Shown here piece by piece: positions 1 to 10,220 of a stretch of DNA of 64,000 bases. The notes under the pieces are model-generated. The model did not search any database. It had not been told where the DNA came from and saw only the letters and a list, made by a program, of their open reading frames with translations. The stretch is from a bacterium (GTDB lineage: Bacteria; Acidobacteriota; Aminicenantia; Aminicenantales; Aminicenantaceae): positions 20,658 through 84,657 of the forward strand of contig JAGXKI010000005.1 of NCBI GenBank assembly GCA_018335295.1. The letters are read 5' to 3'. Positions within the stretch are counted from its first letter, which is position 1, and each line of letters begins with the position of its first letter. The position numbers and the translations under genes are program-made.

Positions 1-166
1 AGCCGTTTTCTTCAGCTTGAATCCTCGATTCCCGCTTCCGCGGGAATGACAAAAAGGAGCTATACAACAATTTTACAGTGATTAATTTTGACTTTTGAAT
101 TTCATCTTTCTTGATTCGCACGGAAATAACAACTAAACATTTTTATTCATGCCATAAGCAATGACC

Positions 167-1546
167 TTATATTTGTCCTCTTTTGGCTTTCCCCCATTTT
201 TTTCTCCGAAACTGGAAAGAAGCCCAAAAACGAAAGAATGAAATCATTTGTCTGTACCCCAACATTTCGATCAATCCAAAAACACATAGCTTCATCACAT
301 CTCTGAATCTTTTGTATCTTTTATACAATAACTCATCCACCAGAATAGAGCCGATGTTGATCCACATAGCCCACAGGATAGCCACCACAAAAAACAGCAG
401 GGCAAAGGTCCAGTTCAAGACGCCAAAAACAAGAAATAGGAGAAATCCCACATACCCCAGGAGTTCCACCATCGGTCCCAGTGTTTCCACAAATAAAAAA
501 TAAGGTACCCCGAACAATCCCACAGTTCCGTAGCGGGGGTTCAAAAACATTTTCCGGCTGAAATACAGACTGTCTACCAATCCTCTCTGCCAGCGGTTTC
601 TCTGTTTCCACAAAGATTTGAAATCAGAGGGAACCTGAGTGTAGCAAACCGGGTCCGGAACAAACAGGATTCGGTAAGGGATATGATTCTCCCGGCAGTA
701 TTTATGAAACCTCACTATCAAATCCATATCTTCTCCCACTGTCTCCCTGTAGCCGCCCACAGCTATAGCCAAATCTTTCCGAAACAGGGCGAAAGTTCCA
801 GAGATTATCAGAAGGCTTCCCAGATAGTTCCATGCGGTCCTGCCGGAAAGAAACCCACGGATGTATTCCACAACTTGAAAATTCTCCACCATTCGCCGAG
901 GAGGATGATAATCCACAATCTCTCCCTTCTCAACCTTTGAGCCGTTGAGGACTCTAATGATTCCACCTGTGGAAATCACTCTCTTGTCTATCACGAACTG
1001 TCGGGCTGCCCTTAAAAGTCCTTCTTTATCCAGGATAGAGTCGGCATCGATGCTGCAAAACAAGGGATAACTTGAGGCATTGATTCCGGCATTGAGGGCG
1101 TCTGTTTTTCCACCGTTTTCTTTATGGACCACGATCAAATGACCAAAATCAAGGGATAAATATACTTTTTTTATAGCTTTATGAGAAATTACCAATTTAA
1201 TGGGCTTTTGGGTTTCCACCAACCGGAATTCTTTTTTGAGCCTCTGCAATGTCCCATCTGTGGAGCCATCATCCACCACCACTACTTCATACTGAGGATA
1301 TTTCAAAGAAAGCAGTGACTTCAAATTATTAATTATAGTGGATTCCTCGTTATAAGCCGGAACAACAATAGTTATAGGCCGGTAATAAGAGGGAGAGAGA
1401 TGGCTCCGAATATCCTGGAAGGTGACTCGGGAGTAGTAGTTTCTCACTTGGACCAGAGAAATCAATGTAAAAAATGTATAGAATCCGTTTAAAAACAAAA
1501 AATAGGTCAAAATGACCGCTTGGAATACCAGAATAAGAATTTCCAA
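167..1546 (-). CDS. Family 2 glycosyltransferase, processive polysaccharide synthase type (PgaC/NodC/BcsA-like catalytic core), multi-pass membrane protein
   Basis: 459-aa ORF with the GT2 motifs VVVVDDGSTDGT, DADS and QRNRWQRG (Q-x-x-R-W). N- and C-terminal hydrophobic helices. Confidence 0.8.
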   Translation of the reverse strand: MEILILVFQAVILTYFLFLNGFYTFFTLISLVQVRNYYSRVTFQDIRSHLSPSYYRPITIVVPAYNEESTIINNLKSLLSLKYPQYEVVVVDDGSTDGTLQRLKKEFRLVETQKPIKLVISHKAIKKVYLSLDFGHLIVVHKENGGKTDALNAGINASSYPLFCSIDADSILDKEGLLRAARQFVIDKRVISTGGIIRVLNGSKVEKGEIVDYHPPRRMVENFQVVEYIRGFLSGRTAWNYLGSLLIISGTFALFRKDLAIAVGGYRETVGEDMDLIVRFHKYCRENHIPYRILFVPDPVCYTQVPSDFKSLWKQRNRWQRGLVDSLYFSRKMFLNPRYGTVGLFGVPYFLFVETLGPMVELLGYVGFLLFLVFGVLNWTFALLFFVVAILWAMWINIGSILVDELLYKRYKRFRDVMKLCVFGLIEMLGYRQMISFFRFWASFQFRRKKWGKAKRGQI

Positions 1547-1561
1547 AGGAGTCTCCTCCTC

Positions 1562-2656
1562 TTATTTTTCTATCATGTATTGAACAGTCTGGTTGACAAA
1601 TTCATCCCGCGAATTTTTCTCCTCTGTCAGGACAGAATGGCCTTCCTTTCCCAGACAAGATAAGGTGAACGCGGCATTGATTCTCACATAATAAGAATCA
1701 TCATACAATAAATTGCGCAGGTGCGAAACCACTTGTCCATCGCACATGGAAACGGAACGGGCTGCCACAGCCCGGACTCTCCAATCTTCATCAAAAAGAC
1801 CTCTGGATACCATTCCGCACAGTTCTTCGGTTCCCAATCTTCCCAAAACCCGAATGCAGGTAATCCTTATCTCTGGTTTTTCTCTATAATGAAAAAAATA
1901 ATCTTTAACCACCCAAGAAGCTTCCTTCAAGTGGGCATTTCCGCAGGATTCCAGAATGGATTTTTTTAATGAAAGAGGCATTTTTTCTGTATCTTTTATA
2001 GCCTCCATAAAAAACACAAATTCATAAAGAATCCCCTTTTGTCTGAAATTTTGAATCACATTCCGGTAAATCTGTTCGTAAAATTTCGCTGAATAGATAT
2101 CTGATGACAATTCTTCGGTTATTCTCTCCAAAGCCTCTCTATCCGCGATAAAACTCAACGCTCTGATCACTTCCCATTTGATTTCATCGGGCACATCCGA
2201 GGATAAAAGTTCCATCCAATAATCCTTCAATTCGGGGAGCTGCAGGAATCCCAATTTTTTGACCCCATAAATCCTTTTTCTACGGAAAAAAGACCGGGAT
2301 AGCTTTTTAAGATAAGGAACCAGTTGGATTTTCCGGATGTATTCCTTGATTCTTTCTTGTTCCTTTCCATCAGATTCAAAAAGGCATTGGATACACAGGT
2401 CAGCCACAACCTCGTATTCCGTTTTGGTTTGGGGAATGGGGGGATTATGTTCAATCTCTTGAAGGAATTTTCGAATTCTCAAATTGTTTCGGAATCGAAG
2501 ACGATTCTTCTTTCTTTCTTTGATTTTCAACTTTAATTTGTGAAAGATGAGAGCCAGAAAAAAACCCATCATTGAAATCAATAAAAAACCAATGCTCCAG
2601 AAAAGCACACTTTTTACAATCTGAGGAGGAAAAAATCTTTCGATCATGGGACTCAC
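1562..2656 (-). CDS. HEAT-repeat (PBS-lyase-like) protein with N-terminal transmembrane helix, co-oriented immediately upstream of the GT2 synthase
   Basis: 364-aa ORF with an N-terminal hydrophobic segment. C-terminal repeats such as DEDWRVRAVAARSV and DDSYYVRINAAFTL are typical of HEAT/PBS repeats. A 15-bp gap separates it from the GT2 gene. Confidence 0.5.
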   Translation of the reverse strand: MSPMIERFFPPQIVKSVLFWSIGFLLISMMGFFLALIFHKLKLKIKERKKNRLRFRNNLRIRKFLQEIEHNPPIPQTKTEYEVVADLCIQCLFESDGKEQERIKEYIRKIQLVPYLKKLSRSFFRRKRIYGVKKLGFLQLPELKDYWMELLSSDVPDEIKWEVIRALSFIADREALERITEELSSDIYSAKFYEQIYRNVIQNFRQKGILYEFVFFMEAIKDTEKMPLSLKKSILESCGNAHLKEASWVVKDYFFHYREKPEIRITCIRVLGRLGTEELCGMVSRGLFDEDWRVRAVAARSVSMCDGQVVSHLRNLLYDDSYYVRINAAFTLSCLGKEGHSVLTEEKNSRDEFVNQTVQYMIEK

Positions 2657-2968
2657 ATCTCTGAAAGGGTGTTATCATGACTCAACCAAAGTATAGGTTT
2701 AAAAGAAAAAGAATTCGCTTTCATAGTCTCTTCCCCTAAAGGAAAAAGACCCTTCTTGTCTGGGAAACAGAGAACTCATTCCAAATAAACACCTTACCCA
2801 TACCATTTCAAATAAAATTCTGTCATAGGCTAGGAAAGTCTACAATCGCCTTTTTAGGTGAAATTGGGGGGGATTCTATCTCTTTTTTTCTCACCTTTTG
2901 AGGTGAGATAGTGGAGATAAATTCATCTTTTGGTGATATAAAGAAAGAATTTTTCCTTCTATTTGGAT

Positions 2969-4249
2969 TCAAAAAGAAGGGTTATCTTTCATCCGAACCC
3001 GTATGGAGTTTGCGTGACCTTCCATTCCTTCCGCTTCAGCCATAAATCGGGCTACAGGAGCAATTCGCAAAAAGCCTTTCTCTTTGACCTTCAAATAAGT
3101 TTGGATTTTTAAGAAATCTTTAACTCCCAATCCTCCGGTGTAACGGGAAGCAAAGTGGGTAGGGAGGATATGATTGAGACCACTGCTGTAATCACCCAGC
3201 ACCTCAGCGGAATAGGGCCCCAAAAAAAGTGAGCCATAATTTTTTAAGAATGGGAGGTAATCCTGAGGATTTTTCACTTGAAGCTCTAAATGCTCAGGAG
3301 CCCTTTTGTTTGCCAAACCCACGGCCTCTTCCATATTGCGGACAAAAAGGATCAATCCATTATTGTCTAAAGACTCCTTAGCGACCGATGAAACTCTCAA
3401 CTCTTTAAGCTGTTTTTCGATGTTTTCTTCCACCTTAGAGGCTACAATATTGGAATCCGTTACCAAGAGCGGAAAAGCCTCGGAATCATGTTCGGCCTGG
3501 GCGATTAAGTCTGCCGCCACATAAACCGGATGGGCTTGTTCATCGGCAATAATCATCACTTCAGTGGGGCCCGCTGTGAAATCAATATCCACAACTCCCC
3601 ACACAGATTTTTTGGCCGCATTCACATATTTGTTCCCGGGACCCACAATTTTATCCACTCGAGGAACTGATTGAGTGCCATAAGCGAAGGCTCCCACAGC
3701 TTGGACCCCTCCCATTTTATAAAGAGAATCCACACCAGCCATATCGGAAGCCACCAGAATGGCAGGGTCCAGAGTCTCCTTCTGGGAAGGAGGGGAACAC
3801 ACATGGATCTCATTCACACCTGCGGTCCGGGCGGGAATCACTCCCATAAGCAAAGAAGAAAACAGAGGGTACCGTCCTCCGGGAACATAAACGCCCACAC
3901 TTTGGAGGGGGAAAATTTTTTGACCGGTGATCACTCCGGGTTCCATTTCATATTCAAATTCCCTGTAGTTTTCCAGCTGCTTTTGAGAAAATTTTTTTAT
4001 ATTTCGAGCTGCTTTTTTTAAGCTGGAAACCAAATCTTTCCCTACCTTAGAATAAGCCTGGCGTCTTTCCTTTGGGCTGACTTCAAACTTTTTGAGATAG
4101 ACTCTATCGTATCTTTGGGTGAGCTCCCGGATAGCTCGGTCCCCCTTTTCTTTTATTTCTTTCAACAAAGAAGAAACCTGAGGAAGCTCCGTGGGCTCCT
4201 CAGGCTCAAAAAAATCTTTTTCCAATTCATCACTTCTTATTTTTTTCAT
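2969..4249 (-). CDS. hisD: Histidinol dehydrogenase
   Basis: The ORF matches HisD over its full length ([32 protein letters not shown] regions). The start is placed at the internal Met (MKKIRSDE...) just downstream of the hisA-IE stop, because the longer ORF overlaps the upstream gene. Confidence 0.9.
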   Translation of the reverse strand: MKKIRSDELEKDFFEPEEPTELPQVSSLLKEIKEKGDRAIRELTQRYDRVYLKKFEVSPKERRQAYSKVGKDLVSSLKKAARNIKKFSQKQLENYREFEYEMEPGVITGQKIFPLQSVGVYVPGGRYPLFSSLLMGVIPARTAGVNEIHVCSPPSQKETLDPAILVASDMAGVDSLYKMGGVQAVGAFAYGTQSVPRVDKIVGPGNKYVNAAKKSVWGVVDIDFTAGPTEVMIIADEQAHPVYVAADLIAQAEHDSEAFPLLVTDSNIVASKVEENIEKQLKELRVSSVAKESLDNNGLILFVRNMEEAVGLANKRAPEHLELQVKNPQDYLPFLKNYGSLFLGPYSAEVLGDYSSGLNHILPTHFASRYTGGLGVKDFLKIQTYLKVKEKGFLRIAPVARFMAEAEGMEGHANSIRVRMKDNPSF

Positions 4250-4262
4250 AAAATCCAACCTT

Positions 4263-5513
4263 TCATCTTTTTTTCTGTCTCCGTCTTCGCAATTCCTGCT
4301 CCACTTCCTGGAGAGAAACATGATTGGCGGACATCCATACCAAAGTAAAATAAATCAAATCAGCTGTCTCCCAGATAACATCCTCTTTCTCCTGCGCCTC
4401 TTTCAACTCAGCCGCCTCTTCTTCAATTTTTTCCTTCATCATCTGAGGTGTGAGCTGAGAGGTATAGGAGTCCGGAGAGGGATGGTCAAGGCGATCCTTC
4501 ACAACTTGATAGAGCTCCCCAAGAGAAAATCTTTTGTTCCCAAAACAGGAATACCGGCCGGTATGACAGGCCTTTCCTTTTTGATAAACAGTAAGAAGGA
4601 GAGTATCCAGGTCACAATCTGCACGAATTTGTTGAAATCTCTGGATATTCCCAGAGGTTTCTCCCTTCATCCATAGTTTTTCTCGGGAACGAGAATAGTA
4701 CCAGGCTTTTCCTGTTTCAAAGGTTTTCATCAAAGATTTCCGGCTGCTGTAAGCCAGCATCAGAACCTGACCGAAAGTATCCTGAGTTACAGTGGGAATC
4801 AACCCCTTTTTCCAGTCCAACGAAGCCGCAAAAGCCTGAGGAAGAGTGATTTCTCCTTTATACAGAGCCATCCCAAACTGGACATTCACCCCGAAACGGG
4901 ACAGAGTTTCAATTTCTCGAAGGGATGAAATTCCTCCCGCAACGGTGAGGGGGAGAGAGGTTCTCTCCTGAATATTTTGGACAGCCCGAAAATCAGGTCC
5001 CTTCATCATTCCTTCTTTTTCCACACAGGTAAAAAGAATCTCCGATGCATAAGGTTGGAACTCTTCCACAACGGCTTCCCCATCCCATTCGGTCTGGTGC
5101 TGCCATCCTTGGGTGACGATTTTCCCTTGAAAGGTATCCAAAGCAATAATAACTCTCTCTTTTCCTACTGCTGAGGCCAGCTCATTTAAAAAGGAATGGT
5201 TTACTGACCCTCCATCCAAGGCTCGGGTTCCAATAATCACTTTATCTGCTCCCCAATCCACCAACTGAACGGCTCTTTTAACATCCCGAATACCTCCCCC
5301 CACTCTAGCCTCAGCGAACCGACATATCTCCTTGATTTTATTGAGGTTATCTCCTTTCCCCATGGCTGCATCCAAATCCACCACAGCCACTGGTCCGAAC
5401 CGGGAGAATTTTTCAGCCAAACCGCAAACCTGAGAGTTTTCTAAAACCTTTTCTTTTCCCTGTCTGAGCTGCACAGCTTTCCCTTTACTTAAATCAATCG
5501 AAGGAATGATCAT
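4263..5513 (-). CDS. hisA-hisIE: Trifunctional fusion: ProFAR isomerase (HisA) + phosphoribosyl-AMP cyclohydrolase (HisI) + phosphoribosyl-ATP pyrophosphatase (HisE)
   Basis: The N-terminal ~235 aa is HisA-like ([16 protein letters not shown]..., GGGIR). It is followed by a HisI domain (TGNIQRFQQIRADCDLDTLLLTVYQKGKACHTGRYSCFG) and then a HisE MazG-like tail (SYTSQLTPQMMKEKIEEEAAELKEA...). The ORF is one continuous 416 aa. Confidence 0.85.
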   Translation of the reverse strand: MIIPSIDLSKGKAVQLRQGKEKVLENSQVCGLAEKFSRFGPVAVVDLDAAMGKGDNLNKIKEICRFAEARVGGGIRDVKRAVQLVDWGADKVIIGTRALDGGSVNHSFLNELASAVGKERVIIALDTFQGKIVTQGWQHQTEWDGEAVVEEFQPYASEILFTCVEKEGMMKGPDFRAVQNIQERTSLPLTVAGGISSLREIETLSRFGVNVQFGMALYKGEITLPQAFAASLDWKKGLIPTVTQDTFGQVLMLAYSSRKSLMKTFETGKAWYYSRSREKLWMKGETSGNIQRFQQIRADCDLDTLLLTVYQKGKACHTGRYSCFGNKRFSLGELYQVVKDRLDHPSPDSYTSQLTPQMMKEKIEEEAAELKEAQEKEDVIWETADLIYFTLVWMSANHVSLQEVEQELRRRRQKKR

Positions 5514-6262
5514 CTCACAGGAACTCCTTTTTCTTTCAAGTATTGTTTGATTTGATAGATAGTGAATTCTTTATAATGAAGAAGAGAAGCCATGAGAACC
5601 GCATCGGCTTTGCCTTTTTCCACCGCCTCCCATATTTGGAACAGGTTTCCAGCTCCCCCGGAAGCGATCACGGGTATGGAAGCTTGCCCGGAAACTTTTC
5701 GAGTTAACTCCAGATCATAACCGCCTCGAGTCCCGTCCATATCGATGGAATTGAGAAGGATTTCTCCAGCCCCCAAAGCTTCTCCTTCTTGGGCCCATTC
5801 CAGCACATCCTTCCCAGTATCTTCCCGTCCCCCTTTGACAAAGGCATGCCAGGAATGATTTACCCTTTGAGCATCAACAGATAGCACCACACACTGGGAG
5901 CCAAACATTTCCTTTCCCTCTTTTAAAATTTGAGGATGCTCAAGAGCGGCTGAACACACAGCCACTTTATCTGCCCCAGCATTGAGGAGGTCTCTCATAT
6001 CCTGTACAGACCGAATCCCACCCCCCACAGTCAAAGGAACAAACACAGATTGGGACACTTTCTCCACCACATCAATCATGATTTTCCGGCTTCGATAAGT
6101 GGCACCGATATCTAAAAAAATAATTTCATCCGCTTTTTGCTGGTTGTAAAAGTGAGCCAACTCCGCGGGGTCTCCAGCTCGACGGATGTCTTTAAACCGG
6201 ATTCCTTTTACCACCTGTCCATCTTCCACGTCCAGACAAGGAATAATCCGTACTGTCAGCAT
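5510..6262 (-). CDS. hisF: Imidazole glycerol phosphate synthase cyclase subunit
   Basis: [20 protein letters not shown]... is a canonical HisF N-terminus. It overlaps the neighbouring genes by 4 to 7 nt, indicating translational coupling. Confidence 0.9.
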   Translation of the reverse strand: MLTVRIIPCLDVEDGQVVKGIRFKDIRRAGDPAELAHFYNQQKADEIIFLDIGATYRSRKIMIDVVEKVSQSVFVPLTVGGGIRSVQDMRDLLNAGADKVAVCSAALEHPQILKEGKEMFGSQCVVLSVDAQRVNHSWHAFVKGGREDTGKDVLEWAQEGEALGAGEILLNSIDMDGTRGGYDLELTRKVSGQASIPVIASGGAGNLFQIWEAVEKGKADAVLMASLLHYKEFTIYQIKQYLKEKGVPVR

Positions 6263-6858
6263 AACTTTCCCCAGTTACTCAGCACTTTCAACCCCGCCGC
6301 TCCACTCTTTTCTGGGTGGAATTGGACACCACAAACTCTTCCTTGGGCCGCCGCTGATGTATATTCTTGACCATACTGAGTGAGAGCCAAAATATTTCTT
6401 TTCTCTTCTGGAAGGACATAATACCCGTGGACAAAATAGAAAAACTCTCTATCCTTAATTCCCTGGAAAAGAGGATTTTCTTTTTGGATTTGGATGTCAT
6501 TCCATCCTATCTGAGGAACTTTCTGGGCTTGAAACCGACAGCATTGTCCTTGAAACAAAGAAAATCCTTTCAATCCCGGCGATTCCTCACTGGATTCAAA
6601 CAAAAGCTGGAGACCTAGACAGATTCCCAGAAAAGGCTTGCCTGCCTGAAGCCAATCCTTTACAGGGTAGTACAGACCCCGCTGGCAAATTTTTCCCACA
6701 GCATACCCAAAAGAGCCCACCCCCGGAAGAACCAATCGGTTTATACCTGAAAATTCCTCGGCAGATGATATGATCTGATTGTCCATTTCCAGAAAATCGA
6801 AGGCTTTCTTTACCGACCGTAAGTTCCCCACCCCATAATCAACGATCCCGATCATCAA
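6256..6858 (-). CDS. hisH: Imidazole glycerol phosphate synthase glutamine amidotransferase subunit
   Basis: MIGIVDYGVGNLRSV... with the class I GATase catalytic Cys region (LGICLGLQLL) and the HPEKS motif. Confidence 0.9.
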   Translation of the reverse strand: MMIGIVDYGVGNLRSVKKAFDFLEMDNQIISSAEEFSGINRLVLPGVGSFGYAVGKICQRGLYYPVKDWLQAGKPFLGICLGLQLLFESSEESPGLKGFSLFQGQCCRFQAQKVPQIGWNDIQIQKENPLFQGIKDREFFYFVHGYYVLPEEKRNILALTQYGQEYTSAAAQGRVCGVQFHPEKSGAAGLKVLSNWGKLC

Positions 6859-7444
6859 TCACTCCTTTCACACTGGGCAGACCTTCCGGTCTTCGAGGGT
6901 CCAGAGAGCAGGCCATCCTCATAGCTCGTCCCCAGGCCTTAAATATGGACTCCATCCGGTGATGATCGCTTCTTCCAAAAGGCATCCTCACCACCAGATT
7001 TGACATGGAATGGACCGAAAAGGAATGAAAGAAATCTTCCAACACATCCGTATCCATTTCCCCGCAGAACCGACGGCGAAAAGTCACTTCATACTGCAGG
7101 TAAGGTCTCCCGCTGATATCCACAGCCACCACAGCCAGAGCTTCATCCATGGGATAAACAAAGTAACCGGCTCTACAGATTCCTTTTTTATCTCCTAAAG
7201 CCTGGTCAAAAGCTTTTCCCAAAATCATACCACAGTCCTCCACCAAATGGTGCTGATCCACATTCACATCTCCTCGGGCCTTCAGGTCAATATCAAACAT
7301 CCCATGGTGAGTAAACGTTTCCAGCATATGGTTGAAAAACCCTATGGGTGATGTCACCTGGGATTTTCCTTTCCCTTCCAACTGTAGGGAAACAGTAATC
7401 TCGGTTTCTTTGGTTTTTCGTTCCACACGGGAAGTCCTTTTCAT
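6839..7444 (-). CDS. hisB: Imidazoleglycerol-phosphate dehydratase
   Basis: RKTKETEITVSLQLEGKG and the HH/E metal-binding repeats typical of IGPD. It is monofunctional, with no fused phosphatase. Confidence 0.9.
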   Translation of the reverse strand: MKRTSRVERKTKETEITVSLQLEGKGKSQVTSPIGFFNHMLETFTHHGMFDIDLKARGDVNVDQHHLVEDCGMILGKAFDQALGDKKGICRAGYFVYPMDEALAVVAVDISGRPYLQYEVTFRRRFCGEMDTDVLEDFFHSFSVHSMSNLVVRMPFGRSDHHRMESIFKAWGRAMRMACSLDPRRPEGLPSVKGVIDDRDR

Positions 7445-8115
7445 TCCAGAACCTCCTCAATATTGTTTATATTTTTCAAGATCCTGGCGGCTCCATACCT
7501 TCGAAGCACTCCCTCCAGTTCCTCACTCTCTGGACCGCAGCTTACCACTCCTATGGGAACAACTCCGGCCCTCCAGGCCGCTTCCATATCATCCCTGGTA
7601 TCACCTAAGTACCAACAGCTTTCGGAATCAAGAATTTCTAAAGCCTTTCGGATTCCCCAGGGATGAGGTTTGGATTTATGAGGAGGAAAATCCTCCATAG
7701 CTACCACCGCAGAAAAATAGTTTTGTTTGTCGAATCTTTTCAGCACATAGGAAACTTCCCTTTGAGGACGTCCGGTCACCATTCCTAGAGGATATTTTCT
7801 CTTTAATTTTTCCAAGTATTTTGAATCCAGCAGCCATTTTTCATTTCGTATCAACCCATCAAAATTTTTTCCCAAGTATATTTCTTGGAAAATTTCCACC
7901 ACTTCCTCCCGACTCACTCTTTTTCCCCTATCCCAAAGAATGGCTCGAGTGAGGTCCCAGTCATTGTTGAAACCTCCCTTGTTTTTGTACTCTTGAATCT
8001 GAGAAAAAGAAATTTCATAAGAACCCAGCCTTTCCACTACTTTTTTTATGGTCAAACGGTAGGATAAAGAAACATCCACCAGAACTCCATCCATATCAAA
8101 AAGAACCGCTTTCAT
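7441..8115 (-). CDS. HAD-superfamily hydrolase embedded in the his operon (putative histidinol-phosphate phosphatase)
   Basis: The N-terminal FDMDGVLVD is the HAD motif I. It sits between hisC and hisB with 4-nt overlaps on both sides. HisB lacks a fused phosphatase domain and no PHP-type HisK is present in the operon. Confidence 0.6.
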   Translation of the reverse strand: MKAVLFDMDGVLVDVSLSYRLTIKKVVERLGSYEISFSQIQEYKNKGGFNNDWDLTRAILWDRGKRVSREEVVEIFQEIYLGKNFDGLIRNEKWLLDSKYLEKLKRKYPLGMVTGRPQREVSYVLKRFDKQNYFSAVVAMEDFPPHKSKPHPWGIRKALEILDSESCWYLGDTRDDMEAAWRAGVVPIGVVSCGPESEELEGVLRRYGAARILKNINNIEEVLE

Positions 8116-9170
8116 TTCTCTTCCTTTACAATCCGGCTGAGTTTTTCCAGAAAAAAGTCGTTCTCCGGCGGTTTTCCTACAGTGACCCTGAGCTTGTTTT
8201 TCAATTTCGGAACATCAAAATACCGAAGCACCACTCCTTCTTCATAAAGGCGCTCATAAAGTCTTTTTCCTGGGATTCTGGAGGATTCAAAAAGGATAAA
8301 ATTGGCTTCGGAAGGAACAGGGAAAACATCCGGCATTTTTTCAATTTCTCTGTACACTCTTTCCCTTTCTTTGACAATCAGATCCACATTCCGAGAAATG
8401 AAATCAGGATTTTCGAGCACCACTTCCCCGGCTAAAAGCTGAAAAACTCCTGTGGAAAAAGGGAGTTTGGCTTTAAACAGTTCTTTCACTACACCCGCCG
8501 GAGCTAATAGATATCCCAAACGGATACCGGCCAAACCTAAGGCTTTAGAAAAAGTCCGGAGGACCCATACATTATCTCTTCGAGATACAAGGGGAAAAAC
8601 AGAATCTTTACAGAATTCAAAATAAGCCTCATCCACCACCAAAATTCCTGGAATTTTCTGGGAAATTTCCTCCGCTTGGGGGGTCTTCAATAAGGTTCCG
8701 GTGGGGTTGTTCGGAGAAGCGAGGATGGTCAATCGACTCCCCTGACTTTTTTCTATGATGTTTTTCTCATTAAACTGGAAATCTTCATCCAAAGGAACTT
8801 CATGGACTTGGATATCCATCAATCCAGCAACCCTCTTATAAACAGAAAATCCGGGTTTCACCACAGTGATGGTATCTCCCGAATCACAGCAGGAATAGAT
8901 AAGGGTTTGGATGAGCTCGTTGGATCCGTTGCCCACCCCAATGTTTTCAGAAGGAAAAGAACTGTATTCACTGAGCTTTTCTACCAAAGACTGGGGGACA
9001 GCTGGGGGGTACCGATTCCACGGGATTTTCTTCAATCGGTTACAGATTTCTTTTTTCACGGAAAAAGGGATATCCAGAGGAGACTCGTTCTGGTTCAACT
9101 TGATTCGATTGAATCCCTGGGGGACCGAATAATCATTCATTTGAAGGACAGATTTCTTGATTTTCCTCAT
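8112..9170 (-). CDS. hisC: Histidinol-phosphate aminotransferase
   Basis: Class II aminotransferase architecture with a PLP-lysine region (RTFSKALGLAGIRLGY). Position is within the his operon. Confidence 0.85.
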   Translation of the reverse strand: MRKIKKSVLQMNDYSVPQGFNRIKLNQNESPLDIPFSVKKEICNRLKKIPWNRYPPAVPQSLVEKLSEYSSFPSENIGVGNGSNELIQTLIYSCCDSGDTITVVKPGFSVYKRVAGLMDIQVHEVPLDEDFQFNEKNIIEKSQGSRLTILASPNNPTGTLLKTPQAEEISQKIPGILVVDEAYFEFCKDSVFPLVSRRDNVWVLRTFSKALGLAGIRLGYLLAPAGVVKELFKAKLPFSTGVFQLLAGEVVLENPDFISRNVDLIVKERERVYREIEKMPDVFPVPSEANFILFESSRIPGKRLYERLYEEGVVLRYFDVPKLKNKLRVTVGKPPENDFFLEKLSRIVKEEK

Positions 9171-10021
9171 GCGATCACCTTCTTGAATTCGGTTTCCAGA
9201 ATGTCGGTAGCTCCCATCCTTTTGAGCAGAGGAATCAATTTAACCGTTTCCTCTTTCTTTACAGCCACTTTCACGGCATACCCTAGTCCTTTATACAGAG
9301 TGGAAACGGTGGGAGCTCTCATGCAAGGGAGGATGTTTACAATCTCCTCCAGTTTATGAGCAGGCACATTCATCTCCAGCATCACCCGGCTTCGGGCGTT
9401 CAGCACCGCCTCAAACAACATTTTCAGCTCATCGATTTTCTTCTTTTTCCATTCATCTTCCATTGCTTGAGGGTTGGCGATAAATCGGGTGGAAGAATCC
9501 ATAAGATTATGGATGATTTCCAAGTTATGGTCTTTTAATGTCTGGCCGGTAGAGATGTTATCGATGATCATGGTGGCATCCTGAGGAGGATAGGCTTCGG
9601 TGGCCCCATGAGTCCGGAGAAGAAGGTAGTCATATTGATACTTATTTAGAAATTGGCGGGAAATGTGTTCATACTCAGAAGCCACCACCATTTTCTGGTC
9701 TTTTAATTTTTTCCCTTTCATGAAGCAAGGAACGGCAGCCACAATCTTCACTCGATCCAAACCTAAATCCATAATTTCTTGGACTTTAGATTGGGTCTCC
9801 ACAACCCAGTCATACCCGGTAAAACCTACATCATGAGAACCCAGTTCCACGAGCTGAGCTATGTTTTGGGGTTTCATGATCTTTGCTTCAATTTCAGGAT
9901 CACCGATGTGGGGAATGTAGACCCGATCATTGGCCTTCACTTCTATTCCAGAATCCTTAAGAAGCTCAGCCACCTTCTTGAATATTCTCCCTTTGGGAAT
10001 GACCATTTTGATCTTTTTCAT
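9167..10021 (-). CDS. hisG: ATP phosphoribosyltransferase, long form with C-terminal regulatory domain
   Basis: MKKIKMVIPKGRIF... is a HisG N-terminus. The protein is about 285 aa, the long form. The start is chosen at the Met preceded by GGAGG 7 nt upstream. It is the first gene of the operon. Confidence 0.85.
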   Translation of the reverse strand: MKKIKMVIPKGRIFKKVAELLKDSGIEVKANDRVYIPHIGDPEIEAKIMKPQNIAQLVELGSHDVGFTGYDWVVETQSKVQEIMDLGLDRVKIVAAVPCFMKGKKLKDQKMVVASEYEHISRQFLNKYQYDYLLLRTHGATEAYPPQDATMIIDNISTGQTLKDHNLEIIHNLMDSSTRFIANPQAMEDEWKKKKIDELKMLFEAVLNARSRVMLEMNVPAHKLEEIVNILPCMRAPTVSTLYKGLGYAVKVAVKKEETVKLIPLLKRMGATDILETEFKKVIA

Positions 10022-10220
10022 CCTTATCCTCCGCACCTTTGGTTGGGTATTGAATCAAATTTTTTTGTTTTCCCTCGAAACTCAAAAGATTTAAAGGGAA
10101 TCTTACTGAAATTTTGAAATTAGAGGGAAAATAGATAGAGAGGTGTTAGTTCCGATGGAGGGAAGACTTTATGAAACAATATTTGATGAAATATTTTTCC
10201 ACGAAATCCATTTCCTACAC

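Noticed and set aside
31-48. CCCGC-ttcc-GCGGG hairpin at the window start
   Set aside because: Short stem with no U-run on either strand. It cannot be tied to a gene within the window.
183-503. Opposite-strand and overlapping small ORFs from the six-frame track (for example 183-503, 333-611, 12148-12369, 12299-12811, 14392-14829, 10143-10451)
   Set aside because: They lie within or antisense to well-supported genes, or in the structured-RNA or promoter regions. They have low-complexity or atypical composition and no RBS support.
2889-2908. 7-bp hairpin TCTCACC-ttttga-GGTGAGA downstream of hisD, considered as an intrinsic terminator
   Set aside because: The adjacent homopolymer is a T-run preceding the hairpin on the + strand, which puts an A-run after it on the hisD strand. 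The orientation is wrong for a U-tract terminator on either strand.
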